DNA of 64,000 nucleotides, taken from assembly GCA_964016885.1 (NCBI GenBank), contig OZ024742.1:185070001-185134000 (forward strand), read 5' to 3'. Origin of the DNA: Eledone cirrhosa (taxonomy: Eukaryota). The notes under the pieces are model-generated. The model worked only from the letters and a program-made list of their open reading frames with translations. It searched no databases and had not been told where the DNA came from. The position numbers and the translations under genes were made by a program. Within the stretch, counting starts at the first letter, position 1. The number at the start of each line of letters is the position of its first letter. This document shows, piece by piece, positions 13,001 to 24,300 of the stretch.

Positions 13001-14700
13001 GTTAAGTTGGGGTTGAGTTAAGTTGGGCTTGAGTTAAGTTGGGGTTGAGTTAAGTTGGGCTTATCTTAAGTTGGGGTTAATTTAAGATGGGGTTAAGTTA
13101 AGTTGGGGTTAAGTTAATTTGGGGTTAAGTTAAGTTGGGGTTAAGTTAAGTTGGGGTTATGTTAAGTTGGGGTTAAGTTAAGTTGAGGTTAACTTAAGTT
13201 GGGGTTAAGTTAAGTTGGGGTTAAGTTAAGTTGGGGCTAAGTTAAGTTGGGGCTAAGTTAAGTTGGGGTTAAGTTAAGTTGGGGTTAAGTTAAGTTGGGG
13301 TCAACTTAAGTTGGGGCTAAGTTAAGTTGGGGTTAAGTTAAGTTGCGGCTAAGTTAAGTTGGGGTTAAGTTAAGTTGGGGTTAAATTAAGTTGGGGTCAA
13401 CGTAAGTTGGGGTTAAGTTAAGTTGGGGTTAAGTTAATTTGGGGGTAAGTTAAGTTGGGGTTAAGTTAAGTTGGGGTTAAGTTAAGTTGGGGTTAAGTTA
13501 AGTTGGGGCTGAGTTAAGTTGGGGCTGTGTTAAGTTGGGGTTAAGTTAAGTTGGGGTTAAGTTAAGTTGGGGTTAAGTTGGGGTTAAATTAAGTTGGGGT
13601 TAATTTAAGTTGGTGTTAAGTTAAGTTGGGTTTAGGTTAAGTTGGGGTTGAGTTAAGTTGGGGTTAAGTTAAGTTGGGGTTAATTTAAGTTGGGGTTAAG
13701 TTAAGTTGGGGCTGAGTTAAGTTGGGGTTAAGTTAAGTTGGGGTTGAGTTAAGTTGGGGTTAAGTTAAGTTGGGGTTAAGTTAAGTCGGGGTTAAGTTAA
13801 GTTGGGGTTAAGTTAAGTTGGGGTTAAGTTAAGTTGGGGTTAAGTTAAGTTGGGGTTAAGTTAAGTTGGGGTTAAGATAAGTTGGGGTTAAGTTAAGTTG
13901 GGGTTGAGTTAAGTTGGGGTTGAGTTAATTTGGGGTTAAGTTAAGTTGGGGTTAACTTAAGTTGGGGTTCAGTTAAGTTGGCGTTCAGTTAAGTTGCGGT
14001 GAAGTTAAGTTGGGGTTAACTTAAGTCGGGGTTGAGTTAAGTTGGGGTTAAGTTAAGTTGGGGTCAAGTTAAGTTGGGGTTAAGTTAAGTTGGGGTTATG
14101 TTAAGTTGGGGTTAAGTTAAGTTGGGGTTAAGTTAAGTCGGGGTTAAGTTAAGTTGGGGTTAAGTTAAGTTGGGGTTAATTTAAGTTGGGGTCAAGTTAA
14201 GTTGGGGTTAAGTTAAGTTGGGGTTAAGTTAAGTCGCGGTTAAGTTAAGTTGGGGTTAAGTTAAGATGTGGTTAAGTTAAGTTGGGGTTAAGTTAAGTTG
14301 GGGTTAAGATAAGTTGGGGTTAAGTTAAGTTGGGGTTGAGTTAAGTTGGGGTTGAGTTAATTGGGGTTAAGTTAAGTTGGGGTTAACTTAAGTTGGGTTT
14401 AAGTTAAGTTTGGGTTAAGTTAAGTTGGGGTTAAATTAAGTTGGGGTTAAGATAAGTTGGGGTTAAGTTAAGTCGGGGTTAAGTTAAGTCGGGGTTAATT
14501 TAAGTTGGGGTTAAGTTAACTTGGTGTTAAGTTAAGTTGGGGCTCAGTTAAGTTGGGGTTGAGTTAAGTTGGGGTCAAGTTAAGTTGGGACTAAGCTAAG
14601 TTGGGGTTAAGTTAAGTTGGGGTTAAGTTAAGTTGGCGCTAAGTTAAGTGAAGGTTAAGTTAAGTTGGGGTTGAGTTAAGTTGGGGTTAATTTAAGTTGG
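3500..14700 (+). repeat. Imperfect ~4.3 kb higher-order periodicity (about 2.5 copies, rearranged)
   Basis: GGGCTTATCTT at 4434, 8771 and 13060 (spacings 4337, 4289). TCGCGG at 3791/8128 (+4337) and 5694/9961/14234 (+4267, +4273). AAGCTT at 6186/10453 (+4267). Confidence 0.8.
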
Positions 14701-16599
14701 GGTTGAGTTAAGTTGGGGTTGAGTTAAGTTGGGGTTGAGTTAAGTTGGGGTTACGTTAAGTTGGGGTTAAGTTAAGTTGGGGTTAAGTTAAGTTTAGGTT
14801 AACTTAAGTTGGGGTTAAGTTAAGTTGGGGTTAAGTTAAGTTGGGGCTAAGTTAAGTTGGGGCTAAGTTAAGTTGGGGCTAAGTTAAGTTGGGGTTAAGT
14901 TAAGGTGGGGTTTAGTTAAGTTGGGGTTGAGTTAAGTTGGGGTTGAGTTAAGTTGGGGTTAAGTTAAGTTGGGGTTAAGTTAAGTTACGGTTAACTTAAA
15001 TTGGGGTTAAGTTAAGTTGGGGTTGAGTTAAGTTGGGGTTTAATTAAGTTTGGGTTGAGTTAAGTTGGGGTTGAGTTAAGTTGGGCTTGAGTTAAGTTGG
15101 GGTTGAGTTAAGTTGGGCTTATCTTAAGTTGGGGTTAATTTAAGATGGGGTTAAGTTAAGTTGGGGTTAAGTTAATTTGGGGTTAAGTTAAGTTGGGGTT
15201 AAGTTAAGTTGGGGTTATGTTAAGTTGGGGTTAAGTTAAGTTGAGGTTAACTTAAGTTGGGGTTAAGTTAAGTTGGGGTTAAGTTAAGTTGGGGCTAAGC
15301 TAAGTTGGGGCTAAGTTAAGTTGGGGTTAAGTTAAGTTGGGGTCAACGTAAGTTGGGGTTAAGTTAAGTTGGGGTTAAGTTAATTTGGGGGTAAGTTAAG
15401 TTGGGGTTAAGTTAAGTTGGGGTTAAGTTAAGTTGGGGTTAAGTTAAGTTGGGGCTGAGTTAAGTTGGGGCTGTGTTAAGTTGGGGTTAAGTTGGGGTTA
15501 AGTTGGGGTTAAATTAAGTTGGGGTTAATTTAATTTGGGGTTAAGTTAAGTTGGGTTTAGGTTAAGTTGGGGTTGAGTTAAGTTGGGGTTAAGTTAAGTT
15601 GGGGTTAATTTAAGTTGGGGTTAAGTTAAGTTGGGGCTGAGTTAAGTTGGGGTTAAGTTAAGTTGGGGTTGAGTTAAGTTGGGGTTAAGTTAAGTTGGGG
15701 TTAAGTTAAGTTGGGGTTAAGTTAATTTGGGGGTAAGTTAAGTTGGGGTTAAGTTAAGTTGGGGTTAAGTTAAGTTGGGGTTAAGTTAAGTTGGGGCTGA
15801 GTTAAGTTGGGGCTGTGTTAAGTTGGGGTTAAGTTAAGTTGGGGTTAAGTTAAGTTGGGGTTAAGTTGGGGTTAAATTAAGTTGGGGTTAATTTAAGTTG
15901 GGGTTAAGTTAAGTTGGGTTTAGGTTAAGTTGGGGTTGAGTTAAGTTGGGGTTAAGTTAAGTTGGGGTTAATTTAAGTTGGGGTTAAGTTAAGTTGGGGC
16001 TGAGTTAAGTTGGGGTTAAGTTAAGTTGGGGTTGAGTTAAGTTGGGGTTAAGTTATGTTGGGGTTAAGTTAAGTCGGGGTTAAGTTAAGTTGGGGTTAAG
16101 TTAAGTTGGGGTTAAGTTAAGTTGGGGTTAAGTTAAGTTGGGGTAAAGTTAAGTTGGGGTTAAGATAAGTTGGGGTTAAGTTAAGTTGGGGTTGAGTTAA
16201 GTTGGGGTTGAGTTAATTTGGGGTTAAGTTAAGTTGGGGTTAACTTAAGTTGGGGTTCAGTTAAGTTGGCGTTCAGTTAAGTTGCGGTGAAGTTAAGTTG
16301 GGGTTAACTTAAGTCGGGGTTAAGTTAAGTTGGGGTTAAGTTAAGTTGGGGTCAAGTTAAGTTGGGGTTAAGTTAAGTTGGGGTTATGTTAAGTTGGGGT
16401 TAAGTTAAGTTGGGGTTAAGTTAAGTCGGGGTTAAGTTAAGTTGGGGTTAAGTTAAGTTGGGGTTAAGTTAAGTTGGGGTCAAGTTAAGTTGGGGTTAAG
16501 TTAAGTTGGGGTTAAGTTAAGTCGCGGTTAAGTTAAGTTGGGGTTAAGTTAAGATGGGGTTAAGTTAAGTTGGGGTTAAGTTAAGTTGGGGTTAAGATA

Positions 16600-19500
16600 A
16601 GTTGGGGTTAAGTTAAGTTGGGGTTGAGTTAAGTTGGGGTTGAGTTAATTGGGGTTAAGTTAAGTTGGGGTTAACTTAAGTTGGGTTTAAGTTAAGTTGG
16701 GGTTAAGTTAAGTTGGGGTTAAATTAAGTTGGGGTTAAGATAAGTTGGGGTTAAGTTAAGTCGGGGTTAAGTTAAGTCGGGGTTAAGTTAAGTTGGGGTT
16801 AAGTTAACTTGGTGTTAAGTTAAGTTGGGGCTCAGTTAAGTTGGGGTTGAGTTAAGTTGGGGTCAAGTTAAGTTGGGACTAAGCTAAGTTGGGGTTAAGT
16901 TAAGTTGGGGTTAAGTTAAGTTGGCGCTAAGTTAAGTGAAGGTTAAGTTAAGTTGGGGTTGAGTTAAGTTGGGGTTAAGTTAAGTTGGGGTTAATTTAAG
17001 TTAGGGTTAAGTTAAGCTTGGGTTAAGTTAAGTTGGGGTTGAGTTAATTTGGGGTTGAGTTAAGTTGGGGTTGAGTTAAGTTGGGGTTGAGTTAAGTTGG
17101 GGTTAAGTTAAGTTGGGGTTAACTTAAGTTGGGGTTAAGTTAAGTTGGGGTCAATTTAAGTTGAGGTTAAGTTAACTTGGGATTAAGTTAAGTTGGGGTT
17201 AACTTAAATTGAGGTTAAGTTAAGTTGGGGTTAAGTTAAGTTGGGGGTAAGTTAAGTTGGGGGTAAGTTAAGTTTGGGTTAAGTTGGGGTTAAGTTAAGT
17301 TAGGGTTAAGTTACGTTGGGGTTGAGTTAAGTTGGGGTTAATTTAAATTGGGGTTAAGTTAACTTTGGGGTTAAGTTAAGTTGGGGTTAAGTTAAGTTGA
17401 GCTAAAGTTAAGTTGAGGTTAAGTTAAGTTGGGGTTAAGTTAAGTTGGGGTTAAATTAAGCTGGGTTGAAGTTAAGTTGGGGTTAAGTTAAGTTGGGGTT
17501 AAGTTAAGTTGGGGTTAAGTTAAGTCGGGGTTAAGTTAATTTGGGGTTCAGTTAAGTTGGGGTTAAGTTAAGTTGGGGCTTAGTTAAGTTGGGGTTAAGT
17601 TAAGTTGTGGTTAAGTTAAGTTGGGGTTAAGTTAAGTCGGGGTTAAGTTAAGTCGGGGTTAAGTTAAGTTGTGGTTAAGTTAAGTTGGGGTTAAGTTAAG
17701 TTGGGGTTAAGTTAAGTTAGGGATAAGCTAAGTTGGCGTTAAGTTAAGTTGGGGTTAAGTTAAGTTGGGGTTAAGTTAAGTTGTGGTTAAGTTAAGTTGG
17801 GGCTGAGTTAAGTTGGGGTCAAGTTAAGTTGGGGTTTAGTTAAGTTGGGGTTAAGTTAACTTGGGGTTAATTTAAGTTGGGGTTAAGTCAAATTGGGTTT
17901 GAGTTAAGTTAGGGTTAAGTTACGTTGGGGTTAAGTTAAGTTGGGGTTAAGTTAAGTTGGGGTTAAGTTAAGTTGGGGTTAAGTTAAGTTGAGGTTAAGT
18001 TAAGTTGGGTTTAAATTCAGTTGGGGTTAAGTTAAGTTGGGGTTAAGTTAAGTTGGGGATAAGTTAAGTTGAGTTTAAGTTAAGTTGGAGTTAATTTAAG
18101 TTGAGGTTAAGTTAAGTTGTGGTTAAGTTAAGTTGGGGTTAAGTTAAGTTGGGGTTAAGTTAAGTTGGGGTTCAGTTAAGTTGGGGTTAAGTTAAGTAGG
18201 GGTTAAGTTGGCGTTAAATTAAGTTGGGGTTAAGTTAAGTTGGGGTTAAGTTAAGTTGGGGTTAAGTTAAGTTGGGGTTAAGTTAAGTTGGGGTTAAGAT
18301 AAGTTGGGGTTAAGATAAGTTGGGGTTAAGTTAAGTTGGGGTTGAGTTAAGTTGGGGTTGAGTTAATTGGGGTTAAGTTAAGTTGGGGTTAACTTAAGTT
18401 GGGTTTAAGTTAAGTTGGGGTTAAGTTAAGTTGGGGTTAAATTAAGTTGGGGTTAAGATAAGTTGGGGTTAAGTTAAGTCGGGGTTAAGTTAAGTCGGGG
18501 TTAAGTTAAGTTGGGGTTAAGTTAACTTGGTGTTAAGTTAAGTTGGGGCTCAGTTAAGTTGGGGTTGAGTTAAGTTGGGGTCAAGTTAAGTTGGGACTAA
18601 GCTAAGTTGGGGTTAAGTTAAGTTGGGGTTAAGTTAAGTTAGGGTTAAGTTAAGCTTGGGTTAAGTTAAGTTGGGGTTGAGTTAATTTGGGGTTGAGTTA
18701 AGTTGGGGTTGAGTTAAGTTGGGGTTGAGTTAAGTTGGGGTTAAGTTAAGTTGGGGTTAACTTAAGTTGGGGTTAAGTTAAGTTGGGGTCAATTTAAGTT
18801 GAGGTTAAGTTAACTTGGGATTAAGTTAAGTTGGGGTTAACTTAAATTGAGGTTAAGTTAAGTTGGGGTTAAGTTAAGTTGGGGGTAAGTTAAGTTGGGG
18901 GTAAGTTAAGTTTGGGTTAAGTTGGGGTTAAGTTAAGTTAGGGTTACGTTACGTTGGGGTTGAGTTAAGTTGGGGTTAATTTAAATTGGGGTTAAGTTAA
19001 CTTTGTGGTTAAGTTAAGTTGGGGTTAAGTTAAGTTGAGGTTAAGTTAAGTTGAGGTTAAGTTAAGTTGGGGTTAAGTTAAGTTGGGGTTAAATTAAGCT
19101 GGGTTGAAGTTAAGTTGGGGTTAAGTTAAGTTGGGGTTAAGTTAAGTTGGGGTTAAGTTAAGTTGGGGTTAAGTTAAGTCGGGGTTAAGTTAATTTGGGG
19201 TTCAGTTAAGTTGGGGTTAAGTTAAGTTGGGGCTTAGTTAAGTTGGGGTTAAGTTAAGTTGTGGTTAAGTTAAGTTGGGGTTAAGTTAAGTCGGGGTTAA
19301 GTTAAGTCGGGGTTAAGTTAAGTTGTGGTTAAGTTAAGTTGGGGTTAAGTTAAGTTGGGGTTAAGTTAAGTTAGGGATAAGCTAAGTTGGCGTTAAGTTA
19401 AGTTGGGGTTAAGTTAAGTTGGGGTTAAGTTAAGTTGTGGTTAAGTTAAGTTGGGGCTGAGTTAAGTTGGGGTCAAGTTAAGTTGGGGTTTAGTTATGTT

Positions 19501-21300
19501 GGGGTTAAGTTAACTTGGGGTTAATTTAAGTTGGGGTTAAGTCAAATTGGGTTTGAGTTAAGTTAGGGTTAAGTTAAGTTGTGGTTAAGTTAAGTTGGGG
19601 TTAAGTTAAGTTGGGGTTAAGTTAAGTTGGGGTTAAATTAAGCTGGGTTTAAGTTAAGTTGGGGTTAAGTTAAGTTGGGGTTAAGTTAAGTTGGGGTTAA
19701 GTTAAGTTGAGGTTAAGTTAAGTTGGGGTTAAATTCAGTTGGGGTTAAGTTAAGTTGGGGTTAAGTTAAGTTGGGGATAAGTTAAGTTGAGTTTAAGTTA
19801 AGTTGGAGTTAATTTAAGTTGAGGTTAAGTTAAGTTGTGGTTAAGTTAAGTTGGGGTTAAGTTAAGTTGGGGTTAAGTTAAGTTGGGGTTCAGTTAAGTT
19901 GGGGTTAAGTTAAGTAGGGGTTAAGTTGGCGTTAAATTAAGTTGGGGTTAAGTTAAGTTGGGGTTAAGTTAAGTTGGGGTTAAGTTAAGTTGGGGTTAAG
20001 TTAAGTTGGGGTTAAGTTAAGTTGGGGTTAAGATAAGTTGGGGTTAAGACAAGTTGGGGTTAAGTTAAGTTGGGGTTGAGTTAAGTTGGGGTTGAGTTAA
20101 TTGGAGTTAAGTTAAGTTGGGGTTAACTTAAGTTGGGTTTAAGTTAAGTTGGGGTTAAGTTAAGTTGGGGTTAAATTAAGTTGGGGTTAAGATAAGTTGG
20201 GGTTAAGTTAAGTCGGGGTTAAGTTAAGTCGGGGTTAAGTTAAGTTGGGGTTAAGTTAACTTGGTGTTAAGTTAAGTTGGGGCTTAGTTAAGTTGGGGTT
20301 GAGTTAAGTTGGGGTCAAGTTAAGTTGGGACTAAGCTAAGTTGGGGTTAAGTTAAGTTGGGGTTAAGTTAAGTTGGCGCTAAGTTAATTGAAGGTTAAGT
20401 TAAGTTGGGGTTGAGTTAAGTTGGGGTTAAGTTAAGTTGGGGTTAAGTTAAGTTAGGGTTAAGTTAAGCTTGGGTTAAGTTAAGTTGGGGTTGAGTTAAT
20501 TTGGGGTTGAGTTAAGTTGGGGTTGAGTTAAGTTGGGGTTGAGTTAAGTTGGGGTTAAGTTAAGTTGGGGTTAACTTAAGTTGGGGTTAAGTTAAGTTGG
20601 GGTCAATTTAAGTTGAGGTTAAGTTAACTTGGGATTAAGTTAAGTTGGGGTTAACTTAAATTGAGGTTAAGTTAAGTTGGGGTTAAGTTAAGTTGGGGGT
20701 AAGTTAAGTTGGGGGTAAGTAACGTTGGGGTTGAGTTAAGTTGGGGTTAAGTTAAGTTGGGGTTAAGTTAAGTTGGGGTTAAGTTAAGTCGGGGTTAAGT
20801 TAATTTGGGGTTCAGTTAAGTTGGGGTTAAGTTAAGTTGGGGCTGAGTTAAGTTGGGGTCAAGTTAAGTTGGGGTTGAGTTAAGTTGGGGTTAAGTTAAC
20901 TTGGGGTTAATTTAAGTTGGGGTTAAGTCAAATTGGGTTTGAGTTAAGTTAGGGTTAAGTTAAGTTGGGGTTAAGTTAAGTTGGGGTTAAGTTAAGTTGG
21001 GGTTAAGTTAAGTTGGGGTTAAATTAAGCTGGGTTTAAGTTAAGTTGGGGTTAAGTTAAGTTGGGGTTAAGTTAAGTTGGGGTTAAGTTAAGTTGAGGTT
21101 AAGTTAAGTTGGGGTTAAATTCAGTTGGGGTTAAGTTAAGTTGGGGTTAAGTTAAGTTGGGGATAAGTTAAGTTGAGTTTAAGTTAAGTTGGAGTTAATT
21201 TAAGTTGAGGTTAAGTTAAGTTGTGGTTAAGTTAAGTTGGGTTAAGTTAAGTTGGGGTTAAGTTAAGTTGGGGTTCAGTTAAGTAGGGGTTAAGTTGGGG
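16600..21300 (+). repeat. Local ~1.6-1.8 kb higher-order repeat, about 3 imperfect copies
   Basis: AAGCTTGGG at 17014, 18652 and 20466 (spacings 1638, 1814). Each is followed by the same ordered variants (GTCAATTTAAGTTGAGG, AACTTGGGA, AACTTAAATTGAGG, GTCAAATTGGGTTTGAG, GGGGATAAG, TTGGAG). Confidence 0.8.
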
Positions 21301-24300
21301 TTAAATTAAGTTGGGGTTAAGTTAAGTTGGGGTTAAGTTAAGTTGGGGTTAAGTTAAGTTGGGGTTAAGTTAAGTTGGGGTTGAGTTAAGTTGGGGTTAA
21401 GTTAAGTCGGGGTTAAGTTAAGTTGGGGTTAAGTTAAGTTGGGGTTAAGTTAAGTTGGGGTTAAGTTAAGTTGGGGTTGAGTTAAGTTGGGGTTAAGTTA
21501 AGTTGGGTTTAAGTTAAGTTGGGGTTAAGTTAAGTTGGGTTTAAGTTAAGGTGGGGTTAAGTTAAGTTGGGGTTAAGTTAAGTCGGGGTTAAGTTAAGTT
21601 GGGGTTAAGTTAAGTTGGGGTTAAGTTAAGTTGGGGTTAAGTTAAGTTCGGGTTAAGATAAGTTGGGGTTAAGTTAAGTTGGGGTTGTGTTAAGTTGGGG
21701 TTAAGTTAAGTTGGCGTTCAGTTAAGTTGCGGTTAAGTTAAGTTGGGGTTAACTTAAGTCGGGGTTAAGTTAAGTTGGGGTTAAGTTAAGTTGGGGTCAA
21801 GTTAAGTTGGGGTTAAGTTAAGTTGGGGTTAAGTTAAGTTGGGGTTAAGTTAAGTCGGGGTTAAGTTAAGTTGGGGTTAAGTTAAGTTGGGGTTAAGTTA
21901 AGTCGCGGTTAAGTTAAGTTGGGGTTAAGTTAAGATGGGGTTAAGTTAAGTTGTGGTTAAGTTAAGTTGGGGTTAAGATAAGTTGGGGTTAAGTTAAGTT
22001 GCGGTTGAGTTAAGTTGGGGTTGAGTTAATTGGGGTTAAGTTAAGTTGGGGTTAACTTAAGTTGGGTTTAAGTTAAGTTGGGGTTAAGTTAAGTTGGGGT
22101 TAAATTAAGTTGGGGTTATGATAAGTTGGGGTTAAGTTAAGTCGGGGTTAAGTTATGTCGGGGTTAAGTTAAGTTGGTGTTAAGTTAACTTGGTGTTAAG
22201 TTAAGTTGGGGTTCAGTTAAGTTGGGGTTGAGTTAAGTTGGGGGTCAAGTTAAGTTGGGGTGAAGCTAAGTTGGGGTTAAGTTAAGTTGGGGTTAAGTTA
22301 AGTTGGGGTTAATTTAAGTTTTGTTTAAGTTAAGTTGGGGCTGAGTTAAGTTGGGGTCAAGTTAAGTTGGGGTTGAGTTAAGAAGGGGTTAAGTGAACTT
22401 GGGGTTAAGTTAAGTTGGGGTTAAGTTAAGTTGGGGTTAAGTTAAGTTGGGGTTAAGTTAAGTTGGGGTTAAGATAAGTTGGGGTTAAGTTAAGTTGGGG
22501 TTGAGTTAAGTTGGGGTTGAGTTAATTTGGGGTTAAGTTAAGTTGGGGTTAACTTAAGTTGGGGTTCAGTTAAGTTGGCGTTCAGTTAAGTTGCGGTGAA
22601 GTTAAGTTGGGGTTAACTTAAGTCGGGGTTAAGTTAAGTTGGGGTTAATTTAAGTTGGGGTCAAGTTAAGTTGGGGTTAAGTTAAGTTGGGGTTATGTTA
22701 AGTTGGGGTTAAGTTAAGTTGGGGTTAAGTTAAGTCGGGGTTAAGTTAAGTTGGGGTTAAGTTAAGTTGCGGTTAAGTTGAGTTGGGGTCAAGTTAAGTT
22801 GGGGTTAAGTTAAGTTGGGGTTAAGTTAAGTCGCGGTTAAGTTAAGTTGGGGTTAAGTTAAGATGGGGTTAAGTTAAGTTGGGGTTAAGTTAAGTTGGGG
22901 TTAAGATAAGTTGGGGTTAAGTTAAGTTGGGGTTGAGTTAAGTTGGGGTTGAGTTAATTGGGGTTAAGTTAAGTTGGGGTTAACTTAAGTTGGGTTTAAG
23001 TTAAGTTGGGGTTAAGTTAAGTTGGGGTTAAATTAAGTTGGGGTTAAGATAAGTTGGGGTTAAGTTAAGTCGGGGTTAAGTTAAGTCGGGTTTAAGTTAA
23101 GTTGGGGTTAAGTTAACGTGCTGTTAAGTTAAGTTGGGGCTCAGTTAAGTTGGGGTTGAGTTAAGTTGGGGTCAAGTTAAGTTGGGACTAAGCTAAGTTG
23201 GGGTTAAGTTAAGTTGGGGTTAAGTTAAGTTGGCGCTAAGTTAAGTGAAGGTTAAGTTAAGTCGGGGTTAAGTTAAGTTGGGGTTAAGTTAAGTTGGGGT
23301 TAAGTTAAGTTGGGGTCAAGTTAAGTTGGGGTTAAGTTAAGTTGGGGTTAAGTTAAGTCGCGGTTAAGTTAAGTTGGGGTTAAGTTAAGATGGGGTTAAG
23401 TTAAGTTGGGGTTAAGTTAAGTTGGGGTTAAGATAAGTTGGGGTTCAGTTAAGTTGGGGTTGAGTTAAGTTGGGGTTGAGTTAATTGGGGGTAAGTTAAG
23501 TTGGGGGTAAGTTAAGTTTGGGTTAAGTTGGGGTTAAGTTAAGTTAGGGTTAAGTTACGTTGGGGTTGAGTTAAGTTGGGGTTAATTTAAATTGGGGTTA
23601 AGTTAACTTTGTGGTTAAGTTAAGTTGGGGTTAAGTTAAGTTGAGGTTAATTTAAGTTGAGGTTAAGTTAAGTTGGGGTTAAGTTAAGTTGGGGTTAAAT
23701 TAAGCTGGGTTGAAGTTAAGTTGGGGTTAAGTTAAGTTGGGGTTAAGTTAAGTTGGGGTTAAGTTAAGTTGGGGTTAAGTTAAGTCGGGGCTAAGTTAAT
23801 TTGGGGTTCAGTTAAGTTGGGGTTAAGTTAAGTTGGGGCTTATTTAAGTTGGGGTTAAGTTAAGTTGTGGTTAAGTTAAGTTGGGGTTAAGTTAAGTCGG
23901 GGTTAAGTTAAGTCGGGGTTAAGTTAAGTTGTGGTTAAGTTAAGTTGGGGTTAAGTTAAGTTGGGGTTGAGTTAAGTTAGGGATAAGCGAAGTTGGCTTT
24001 AAGTTAAGTTGGGGTTAAGTTAAGTTGGGGTTAAGTTAAGTTGTGGTTAAGTTAAGTTGGGGCTGAGTTAAGTTGGGGTCAAGTTAAGTTGGGGTTGAGT
24101 TAAGTTGGGGTTAAGTTAACTTGGGGTTAATTTAAGTTGGGGTTAAGTCAAATTGGGTTTGAGTTAAGTTAGGGTTAAGTTAAGTTGGGGTTAAGTTAAG
24201 TTGGGGTTAAGTTAAGTTGGGGTTAAGTTAAGTTGGGGTTAAATTAAGCTGGGTTTAAGTTAAGTTGGGGTTAAGTTAAGTTGGGGTTAAGTTAAGGTGG

